From NCBI GenBank assembly GCA_002269645.1, contig NIVC01000206.1, forward strand, positions 372,001 through 436,000: a stretch of DNA of 64,000 nt, in the 5' to 3' direction. Positions 1 through 10,907 of this stretch are shown here, piece by piece; the stretch's first letter is position 1, and each line of letters opens with the position of its first letter. Source of the stretch: Macrostomum lignano (Eukaryota). Below the pieces are notes generated by a model, which did not search any database, was not told the DNA's origin, and saw only the letters and a list, made by a program, of their open reading frames with translations. The translations under genes were made by a program, and so were the position numbers.

Positions 1-447
1 TGGTTTAAAGGGCTGTTTAAGCACAGATTACGAAATGGTTTAAAGGGCTGTTTACACTCAGATTAGGGAATGGTTTAAAGGGCTGTTTAAGCACAGATTA
101 GGGAATGGTTTAAAGGGCTGTTTAAGCACAGATTAGGGAATGGTTTAAAGGGCTGTTTAAGCACAGATTAGGGAATGGTTTAAAGGGCTGTTTAAGCACA
201 GATTAGGGAATGGTTTAAAGGGCTGTTTAAGCACAGATTAGGGAATGGTTTAAAGGGCTGTTTACACTCAGATTAGGGAATGGTTTAAAGGGCTGTTTAC
301 ACTCAGATTAGGGAATGGTTTAAAGGGCTGTTTAAGCACAGATTAGGGAATGGTTTAAAGGATTGTTTAAGCACAGATTAGGGAATAGTTTAAAGGGCTG
401 TTTAAGCACAGATTAGGGAATGGTTTAAAAGGCTGTTTAAGCACACA
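1..447. repeat. 35-bp minisatellite (TGGTTTAAAGGGCTGTTTAAGCACAGATTAGGGAA), ~13 copies, in intron 1 of the GABA-B receptor gene
   Basis: Unit recurs at 1, 36, 71...; the array ends ~20 nt from the splice donor at 467. Confidence 0.95.
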
Positions 448-467
448 GCGAATTCACTAATTCTAAC

Positions 468-1144
468 CTAGCCTCCTTGCTCTTCAGCTGTTTAACAGCC
501 TGTCCAGCATCGAACACAATCTCGGTCATAACGCTACAATTATTCCGTCTCAACAGCTGCTCCAAATCTTTAGCAGTCGAAGCGAAGACTTCCTCATTGG
601 AGCGCAGCACAAACACTCGAGTCCAGTTGTATCTCTGCAGCAGTTTCAATCGAGTCGGGTTGTTCAACGCAGCGCTGGGGTGGGTACGAAAGAATGTTGG
701 AAATCTGCTGCGATCGGAGAGCGCTGGCGAGCTGCTGCCGTAGGACAGCACAACCAAATTCCACATGTGAGCAGCCTGGGCTACGTAGGTAGACACAGTT
801 GAGCAGCCGGTGAGCAGGGTTACTACTCGGCTATTGTTGCTAGGGTGGTACAGCAGTTCGTACATCTTTCTGGCACCCAAGCCCGGATCGCATTGGCTGT
901 CCTGGGGGTGCAGGACCAGGCGATAGTCTGGCAGGATGTCCGGGTGGTCGTTCACACTCTGCAGGGCCATCTCCACAGCTGGCCAGCAGGCGATACCGCC
1001 AGCCCAGTCGCCAGACATTGGGAACAGGGCGCCGATATGTAGAAGGTCCAACGATTTTTCTCTCTGATTAGATGCCAGACAAAGACTAGCAGTGGACAAG
1101 ATCAGCGACCAAGTAAGACTCACTATACAACTGGATTGCCGCAT
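468..1144 (-). CDS. GABBR1: GABA-B receptor subunit 1-like class C GPCR, first coding exon (signal peptide plus N-terminal part of the Venus flytrap domain); gene continues off the left edge
   Basis: ORF 437-1144 has a hydrophobic leader, then HIGALFPMSGDWAGGIACWPAVEMAL, GCSTVST and [26 protein letters not shown], closely matching GABA-B1 as I recall it ([26 protein letters not shown]). Similarity ends at ...KEAR, where a donor (AG|gttaga) lies at 467. Confidence 0.85.
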
Positions 1145-2916
1145 GGCAGATTTTTTGTTTTACTGTTTACTTTTTGGAATTTTGTAGATGGCTGCAATTA
1201 ATTGATACAATTAATATAGGAATCTATCTCTTTTTATAGTTCGATAGAGTATCATAGTAATAAAATATTCATTATTAAAATTTAAACTCAGGTGCAAATC
1301 CAGAAAATTTTAATGGGGGGCATAGATTACTTAAGGTTACATGTACAATATATATGTATATGTACAGTATATGTACATGATAATGTGTATTTTCCATATA
1401 AAAACATAAAAATTAAAAGTCAATGGGGGGGCGCATACCCTGTGCATCACCCCTCCCTAAATCTGCTACTGATTTAAGTTAAAAGAAATTCAAAATATGC
1501 CAAAAATCAGCTTTAAACTTAATGACATTACAAATAGAAGAAAAGTCAATTAGCAAAAAAACAATATAAATACCACTGAATATATAAAATTGATATATAG
1601 GATGGTTAAATTTAATAGGTTAACATACGATTGATCTATTTTTTAATTTAGCATGAAAAGCTATGATAATTACAATAGCAAAACTAATGAATCTTTATTA
1701 GACTTCATTACAGGTACACTAATTTTAATTTTAAATTTTTTTGAAGCTAAACATTGCACCAAACTAATGAATTTCTATGAATTTGTTTCTGTCTAGATTC
1801 TATAGAAAATATAATAAATTAGTCATAATTTAGTATTAAAACCCTCATTGTAATTTAGGAAAGCTTTTTATGGATTTAATTTACAATTAAGGGAAAAATA
1901 AGATAGACTGCTAGATTACCTATCATAAACTCAGAAAGAAATTCTAAAGTGATACTTTACAGAATGTGCAATCTTTTGAAACTTTTTGGTCCTTGCTTTT
2001 TAGATACTTTTAAACAATAACCAACTGAGTTTAAAGCTATATAAAATTATAATAGGGCCTATCTAAAATTAGATTAAAAACCCAAATATCACTTAAAAAT
2101 TTGATCAAATACTTTGCTGAAAATTTGACAACTTTACTACAAAAAGGCCGAAAAGTCACTTTAACAGACACACAAATAATACAAATAAAGATACAGAAAA
2201 AGCATGTGTGCATGCATGCAATGTATATAATGATGACTCGAAGCCCGAAAATAAAAAAATTAACAACGATAAAAACAATAAATACTGAATCAGTGCTTTA
2301 TATTTTCGAACAATACAAAATTATTGATATTGTTTAGCGAAGAAGCGCAATTAAGAACAAATTTGGTGTGAATAAGAGATTAGACGTGAAATGATTGAAG
2401 CATATTTGAACATTTGTTATAGCGCTTTGATGAAAACAAAATATTTATATTTATAAAGAAATATGTTACTATAAAAATTCTCTATATTGTTCATAATAAA
2501 AGATGACAAATAAATGTTACGAAATAAATGACTAAAATTCTTAATTATGAAAGTACTAAATAAATGGATGTTAGCAAAGAATTTTAGGTTTAACTATTTT
2601 TTTGTTGACGTAACAGACTTGAACAACCTCTATTTTTTAATCCCTATATACTGCTAGTGGTATTTGGGTAAACTTAATTATCCTTGCCTTAAGTTTTTGC
2701 ATGCACTACTTGTAGATCGTACACTTAATATACACAATACTATACATTTATAAGAGCGATGTTACTGGTACTTCGTCACTATATCAATAATAATGTGCAA
2801 GTCAAGTATAGTAGCAAGTAATCCCATCTTAATATCAAGTCAAAGTCTGCTTATTAGTTATCGATTCCGATTCTTCGTTCTCCAATTAAATTTTGTTATC
2901 GTGCAGTCGTAGTGTA

Positions 2917-3678
2917 CGAGGTGTGGCCAAAAAGTAACGAGAATTGCTGCTTAAATCTGAAAATACAAACTTCTACTAAAATTAATCGATGTCTTCTTGA
3001 AGCTCAGCTTCTCAGCTTTTATAGGAAGCAGTATTGTGTCGAAATGTTTTGGTTTTCATAATTTTTTAATTATTTTTCATTATAGCTGTCACACTGTTGT
3101 GTCACAAAATAAACAATGAGCAACTAATCAACATCAAGTTTTTGGTGAAACTCGGCAAGAAGCCATCGGAATGCCTCGATCCAGCTGCTTTGTGCTTTAA
3201 CATAGAGATGATGCTATGTCTCAGACAAGAGTGTATTAGTGGCACAAGCGATTCCGGGGATGGATGGGAGAGCCTCAAAGATGGTGGCAAAGTTCCTCAC
3301 TGACGATTAGAAGCAGCTGCGATTGGTCATCGGGACATTGAGACAGTTTTTGGCCAAAAGACTGGTCGCAGAGTTGAGCCATCTACCTTATTCACCGGAT
3401 ATGTCACCGTGTGATTCCCGGCTCTTTCCCAAGGTGAAGCAGGTTCTCAAAGGATCCAGATTTGAAGACTTGGATGCCATCAAGGAGAGTGTGACAGGGG
3501 TGCTGAGGGGCATCATGAAGGAGGACTTCCAGGGCTGCATCAGGAGCTGGCACCAGCAATTGAGGCGATGTGTTGAAAGTGGCGGCAATTACTTTGAAGG
3601 CTGCAGTTGACTGAATTTTCATTTTTTGTTTTGAAAGTTTTTGTAGCTAAATTCTGGTTACTTTTTGGCCACACCTCG
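2917..3678 (+). mobile_element. Internally deleted mariner (Tc1/mariner, D,D34D type) transposon
   Basis: 29-bp TIRs CGAGGTGTGGCCAAAAAGTAACGAGAATT (2917) and its inverse ending 3678 with 1 mismatch, flanked by TA on both sides. Transposase fragments: N-terminal EQLINIKFLVKLGK (3097-) and C-terminal HLPYSPDMSPCD...CVESGGNYFEG (to 3610). Confidence 0.93.
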
Positions 3679-4365
3679 TACATGTGCAAGCACAACTTTT
3701 CATTTTGAAAAAAAACAAAAGTTTGGATTTCTATACGATTCTTATACCATACACGATTTTTTCTACCTCTCAAGCTGACATAATCATGTGCACTTTAACT
3801 TTGTAAATATGCAAGTAACTACTGGTATAAAATAAAAAATCCACTTATTCAACACAATCGAAGACATGTTTATAAAGGCAGCACACACATTAAATAGAAG
3901 CTTTAATATATAATAAACGTGCGACGTCGACTGCAAATACTTCAAAGTTTACTATAAAAGTTGCTGTATATTTACACTGAAAAATAATAAATATATACAA
4001 ACACACACACAGTAACACAGACTGTATGTAACAAACAATAGCAGTGGGAAAATGTGTATTTTATGCAATTGCTCATTTTGACTGGAAAGCAGGCATGCAG
4101 CACAGGGATAGCAATGCAATAATTAAATGTGTAGAAAAACGTGAAATATTAAACTATATAAAATTGGATGGGGATACGAACAGTGAATATTTACTAGAAA
4201 TTCAATTGCTTATTCGTCTTTAGGATTATAAAAATTGAAAAATACTTGGTGTCCCACTGGGCTCGAACTAAACTCAAAACTTGACTCAAGTCATAATTGG
4301 TTAAGTTAATGCATCTCTCTATACGCTAAGTCTAAAGGGGCCAATAAAGCATATGCATAGAATTT

Positions 4366-5705
4366 TTACACTCGCAACACTTCCAGACAGTTGTTGTAGC
4401 AGATGGCAATCCAGTCCGTGAGCAGGCTGCCCCACTGAACCTGATTGATTTCGCCTGCGGCTGTGTAAGCCAATATCGGATCGTCCACTGGCCGGGGCAC
4501 GGACTGAATGTCCCAGATTAGGGCCTGGTGATCGTCGCCTGGACAATTGGGATGGTTAACAGTCAGTCAGTAGGTAGGTAGGTAGGTAGGTAGGTAGGTA
4601 GGTAGGTAGGTAGGTAAGTAGGTAGGTAGGTAGGTAGAGATGCAGATTTGAAATCTCGGTGTTGACTACTTGGGCCAAAAGAGTGAGTGAGCAGTACTCA
4701 AGGTGGGGCAAATAGTACACAGTGTACTTACTCCCCACACCAGATAGGCAGGTAGATATAAGGTGAAAAATTAGACAAGCTAGTGGGTGGTTAAGTATAT
4801 GTAGATTACATGTAAGTAGGTAGGTAGATATATAGATAGAGTTAGACGTGGATAGGCAGTAAAATAGGATAGGTGAATAAGCAGATAGTTAGATATGTAA
4901 GCAGGTATGCAGGTAGATAGATAAGTAGGCAGGTAGACAAATAGGTAGGTAGCTACGAAGATAGATAGATCAGTAGACAGGTAGACAAATAGGTAGGTAG
5001 CTACGAAGGTAGATAGATCAGTAGACAGGTAGACGAATAGGTAGGTACGCAAGTAGATAGATAAGTAGGCAGGTAGACAAATAGGTAGGTAGCTACGAAG
5101 GTAGACAGATAAGTAGGCAGGTAGACAAATAGGTACGTAGCTAGAAGGTAGATAAATAAGTAGGCAGATAAGACAGATACGTAGGTAGGTACAAAAGGTA
5201 GATAGATAAGTAGACAGGTAGGTCAGTACTTGTAGATAGATAGTAGACAAGAAGACAGTCAGGCAGCTCGAGCCAACTCACCCGCAGTGCAGATGTGCTT
5301 AGGAGAGTGCGGCGCCCAGGCGAAGCCGTTAACGCAGGCCCGGTGATTGGTCAGCTTGGCAACCGGGGTGCAGGGCACCCGAGTGTCCAGCAGGGCCACC
5401 TCGTTGGAATCGGCAGCAAAGGTGGCCAGGTAGTTCGGATCCTGACGGTTCCAGGCCAGGCGGAGCAGGGCGCTGTGACTGGGGTCCTCGTAGATGATGG
5501 TGGAGTGCTCCAGGTGGCGCAGGTCGAACATTCGGACCGAACCGTCGGCGCCAACGCTGGCGAAGAGGTCGCGACCGTTGCCCTGACGGCTGAACGCGAT
5601 GTCGTAAACTTCTTTGTCGTGCGCGATCAGCTGCGTCTTGACGTGGCCGCTGACCACTCGGCTGATGGCTTGGCCCGTCTGTGGGGGGAGGGGATTGCCT
5701 AGTGT

Positions 5706-5771
<66 letters not shown>

Positions 5772-5794
5772 GGACAGACAGACAGACAGGCAGG

Positions 5795-5855
<61 letters not shown>

Positions 5856-6841
5856 GGAGAGCAGCTCACCTCCAGGCCCCAGATAGTGCAGGTAGTATCA
5901 ATAGACGCAGTGCCAATAATATTAGGGTCGGTCTCATTCCAGTCGAAGGAGGTGAGCGGGGCGCAGAAGTCGGAGTTCTTATTATTATTGAGCAGGCACT
6001 CCAGCTTGGCTTCGGAGTCGGCCACCCGCCACACCCGCAGATAGTCGCCGCTGGTGGCCAGCAGGTCCGCTTGGCAGGTGGCCGCTGCGCCGGCATTTTT
6101 AGCGTCGGGCAGCCACATGACTTTGGTGGTTGGGTAGGGATGGTCGAACACGCATTTCGGTGTCAGGCGGTCGTCTTCCATGCAGACAATCTGCGGGAAG
6201 TGTGGAAATGCCGCTTTGTGTCTCAATGTCTGTCTAGATGTCTCAATACCTGTCCAGGTGCCCCATAATCTGTCCAGGTGTCTCAATGTCGGTCCAGGTG
6301 TCTCAATATCTGTCCAGGTGTCTCAATACCTGTCCAGGTGTCTCAATATCTGTCCAGGTGTACTAATACCTGTCCAGGTGTCTCAATGTCGGTCCAGGTG
6401 TCTCAATACTTGTCCAGGTGTCTCAATACCTGCTCAGGTGTCTCAATATCTGTCCAGGTGTACTAATACCTGTCCATGTCCTAATACCTGTCCAGGTGTC
6501 CTAATACCTGTCCAGGTGTCCCAGTATCTATCCAGGTGTCTCAATATCTGTCCAGGTGTCCTAATACCTGTCCAGGTGTCCCAATATTAATCCAGGTGTC
6601 TCAATATCTGTTCAGGTATCTTAATATCTGTCTAAGAGTCATAATGCAGAAAACAAACCTGCACTTTATTATTGTATTCTTCAACAAACGATCCTAACGC
6701 CAACCGAAATCCTTTATCCGGCCTGGCAGACCAATTCATACTGTACACAGGCCACGGCGCCTCGTATTTATAAATTTCTTTGCGCTTGGCGCCGCCATGC
6801 GCAACGCCGCCACTGACGCCGCTGCCCACGCCGACGCCCAT
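4366..6841 (-). CDS. DCAF7: DDB1- and CUL4-associated factor 7 (WDR68/AN11 family WD40 protein), complete, 4 coding exons, 357 aa
   Basis: Exons complement(6659-6841, 5870-6190, 5282-5678, 4366-4538); all introns GT-AG and frame-consistent (1074 nt). Motifs [71 protein letters not shown] and C-terminal [15 protein letters not shown]. An acceptor at 6869 suggests an upstream exon or leader, so the start is uncertain. Confidence 0.95.
4563..5225. repeat. AGGT/AGAT-rich microsatellite and degenerate higher-order repeat in DCAF7 intron 3
   Basis: (AGGT)n at 4570-4635 followed by repeated AGATAAGTAGGCAGGTAGACAAATAGGTAGGTAGCTACGAAG-like blocks. Confidence 0.85.
5706..5856. repeat. (CAGA)n microsatellite in DCAF7 intron 2
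   Basis: Near-perfect tetranucleotide run filling most of intron 5679-5869. Confidence 0.95.
6230..6632. repeat. ~20-bp minisatellite (TCTCAATACCTGTCCAGGTG) in DCAF7 intron 1
   Basis: About 20 tandem units filling intron 6191-6658. Confidence 0.9.
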
Positions 6842-7639
6842 GCCGGTGACGATGCCCGCGTATTGAGACTGAAAAAAATGAATTTTCTCTTAGTAAATAA
6901 TACTGTTAAAAATCCTTTTAACTCTACTAGTAGTAGGCTAATTTAGACATTTGTATAAATTTTAATTTCTAAAATCGGAAAAAATTGACAATACAATGAA
7001 GTCTTCTTCGAAACGATAAAAAATGTTATCAGATTTAAACAGATTCATTCGCTTGCATTTTTTTCGTTATCGAATATTTTTCCACTACGGCGATAGGGGA
7101 GTTGCGTAGATCTGCTGTAGCAAGCAAAACAATGAGAAATCACATTCAAACAGGCCAAACAAATGACACAATGTACTATTTCGCTAAAAGACACGAAAAG
7201 CAACTAAACTCTATGAACTATTTTGTGAAACGATTGGTGTACTAAATTTAGACATCTTGAGCAGTTACAGCTAAGAAAAAAGATCTCCAAGTTTTGTTGC
7301 AAAAAATGGGCAGAATATCTTAGTTGAACTTCTATTAGACTATAGAGTTTATCACACATTTTTATAAGGTCTGTTAACCTGCCTGTCTGTCTCAGTGTCT
7401 AGAGTATTGTATGGACATATATGAGAAGCACAAAGAGAAATCGCTAAGCAGATATTATATAGCTCTCTAAAGTAGATTTGTGAACAATGCAAACTGAATC
7501 ACGCATGTACAATTGAATAAAGGATAGTCGTAGTAGAAACAATAGTGTGATAACATTTTTTCAAGGCATTCTATAACCTGTCTATTTAAGACAAATTCTT
7601 AGTCTATTTTCACTCCATGGGTTTCAAGTCACACTTTTA

Positions 7640-8040
7640 TAGTGCCCAATTGTCACTCCGATAGTGCCTAATTATCATTCCGATAGCGCCCAATTATCAT
7701 TCCGATAGCGCCCAATTGTCACTCCGATAGTGCCTAACTGTCACTCCAATAGTGCCTAATTATCACTCCAATAGTGCCTAATTATCATTCCGATAGTGCC
7801 TAATTGTCACTCCAATAGTGCCCAATTGTCACTCCAATAGTGCCTAATTGTCACTCCAATAGTGCCTAATTGTCACTCCAATAGTGCCTAATTGTCACTC
7901 CGATAGTGCCTAATTGTCACTCCAACTGCATCGGAATATCACTCCAACTGTATCGGAATGTCACTCCGACTGTATCGGAAATGTCACTCGAACTGTATCG
8001 GAAATGTCACTCCGACTGTATCGAAATGTCACTCCAACTG
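7640..8040. repeat. 22-bp minisatellite (GTGCCTAATTGTCACTCCAATA grading into ACTGTATCGGAATGTCACTCCG), intergenic
   Basis: Period 22 (e.g. AATTGTCAC at 7802 and 7824). Confidence 0.9.
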
Positions 8041-8312
8041 AATCCAAGTGAAAATATTCTGAACAATAATCAACTAGCTCTCAGCATTAAGTGAACCATA
8101 ACTGAGGTAAAGAAACGTGCCCTGTCAGCACTATTCTTTAAACTGTTTTATCCACTAAATTAAATTAGAAATGAACAAAATCGATAAACTTGTTTGCAAG
8201 AGAAAAGCAACACAATTCTAAATAGCTGCTTTTAGCGCTGTCAGCCCCGCTCTGCATGTCAGTGAAGTAAGTGTCAGTGAATCGTAGCGCGAATGGATCT
8301 CCACGCGTAACT

Positions 8313-10300
8313 TCAGTCGGTCTGCCACTGCTTAAAGAAATCGTTGCCTTTATTGTCAACCACGATAAAAGCTGGGAAATTCTCCACCTCAACGCGCCAC
8401 ACAGCCTCCATGCCGAGCTCCTGATATTCCAGCACTTCAACTTTTTTAATGCTGTTCTGCGCCAGGATGGCGGCTGGACCGCCGATGCTGCCCAGGTAGA
8501 AGCCGCCGTGTTTTTTGCAGGCCTCTGTGACAGCTCGGGACCGGTTGCCTTTGGCCAACATCACCATGCTGCCGCCGGCCGCCTGCGGTGCGTAGGGAGG
8601 GGACTGTGGTTCACAATGCTGAGCCTCATTCACTCTATCTTTCACTCACAACAATTATTGACTTACAACAATCATTCACTCACAATAATCATTCACTCAC
8701 AACAATCATTGACTCACAACAATCATTCACTCACAACAATAGTTCACTCACAACAATCATTCACTCACAATAATCATTCACTCACAACAATCATTCACTC
8801 ACACATCAATCATTCACTCACAACAATAGTTCACTCACAACAATAGTTCACTCACAACAATCATTCACTCACAACAATCATTCACTCACAACAATCATTC
8901 ACTCACACATCAATCATTCACTCACAAGAATCATTCACTCACAACAATCATTCACTCACAACAATCATTGACTCACAACAATCATTCACTCACAACAATC
9001 ATTCACTCACAACAATCATTGACTCACAACAATAGTTCACTCACAACAATAGTTCACTCACAACAATAGTTCACTCACAACAATCATTCACTCACAACAA
9101 TCATTCACTCACACATCAATCATTCACTCACAACAATCATTCACTCACAACAATCATTCACTCACAACAATCATTCACTCACAACAATCACTCACTCACA
9201 ACAATCATTCACTCACAACAATCACTCACTCACAACAATCATTCACTCACAATAGTCATTCACTCACAATAGTCATTCACTCAAACGTCAATCCATTCAC
9301 TCACACATCAATCATTCACTCACAATAGTCATTCACTCAAACGTCAATCCTATCACTCACACATCAATCATTCACTCACACATGAAATATTCACTCACAT
9401 GCCAAAATCAACACTTTCACACTCTCAGAACCAGAACATTCACATTTAAACAACCTGAACATTAAAGCTCACATTAGAAACACAATTATGAATCAATCAC
9501 TCATTCAATAGCTATTAGCAGTAAATCCTAAAAGCAGTGGGCAAACTACCCAACGCACCTGGAACTGGTCCACATAGGAGTCCATCCTTCCAGCCGTAGT
9601 AGGGCCAAACGAGCCGCTAGCATAGCCCTCCGGAGTTTTAGCCGGGCCAGCGTAATAAACCGGATGATCTTTAATGTACTGCGGCAGGCCCTGGCCAGAG
9701 TCTAAACGCTGCTTCAGCTTGGCATGCGCAATGTCCCTAGCAACCACTAGGGTGCCGCTTAGCGACAGTCTAGTCCGAACTGGGTACTTGGACAGCAGCG
9801 ACAGCACCTTATCCATTGGCTGGTTGAGATCTACTTTAACAACTTCATCGCCAAGATCCGAGTCGCGTATTTCTGGCAAATATTTGCTCGGGTCGGTTTC
9901 CAATTGTTCCAGGTAGACTCCGGTCTCGTCTATTTTGCCCAGCGCCTGCCGATCAGCTGAACAGGACACGCCGATGCCTGCGATGGGGCAACAGTTTGAT
10001 GGGGCACGTCTAGTCACAGTGTCTCTTTAATATAGTTGAACTAAAACTACTGGTAATACTGTCTTTATATGTCTGCTCATGCTACATGTAATTGCTGGTG
10101 ATTAACCTATCACAGCTGTCCGTAGGTCTGCCTGTCCGTATATAAACAGGTCTGTCTGTCTTTTGGTTCTTCGTCTACCCATCTTAGTCTGTCAGGTGGT
10201 TTGGTGTCTGTATTGGTCTGTCTGTCTGTCTGTCTTAGCTTCTGTCTGTCTGTCTGTCTGTCTTAGCTTCTGTCTGTCTGTCTGTCTGTCTGTCTTAGCT

Positions 10301-10339
<39 letters not shown>

Positions 10340-10604
10340 TAGCTTCTGTCTGTCTGTCTGTCTATCTGTCTTAGCTTCTGTCTGTCTGTCTGTCTGTCTT
10401 AGCTTCTGTCCGTCTGTCTGTCTGTCTGTCTTAGCTTCTGTCTGTCTGTCTGTCTGTCTGTCTTAGCTTCTGTCTGTCTGTCTGTCTGTCTTAGCTTCTG
10501 TCTGTCTGTCTGTCTGTCTTAGCTTCTGTCTGTCTGTCTGTCTTAGCTTCTGTCTGTCCGTCTGTCTGTCTGTCTTAGCTTCTGTCTGTCTGTCTGTCTT
10601 AGCT

Positions 10605-10647
<43 letters not shown>

Positions 10648-10856
10648 TAGCTTCTGTCTGTCTGTCTGTCTGTCTTAGCTTCTGTCCGTCTGTCTGTCTG
10701 TCTGTCTTAGCTTCTGTCTGTCTGTCTGTCTTAGCTTCTGTCTGTCTGTCTGTCTGTCTTAGCTTCTGTCCGTCTGTCTGTCCGTCTGTCTGTCTTAGCT
10801 TCTGTCTGTCTGTCTGTCTGTCTTAACTTCTGTCTGTCTGTCTGTCTGTCTTAACT

Positions 10857-10907
<51 letters not shown>

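Noticed and set aside
4247-4320. tRNA gene
   Set aside because: Only the T-loop/3' end is recognisable; T-stem partner, D-arm and acceptor 5' strand do not form.
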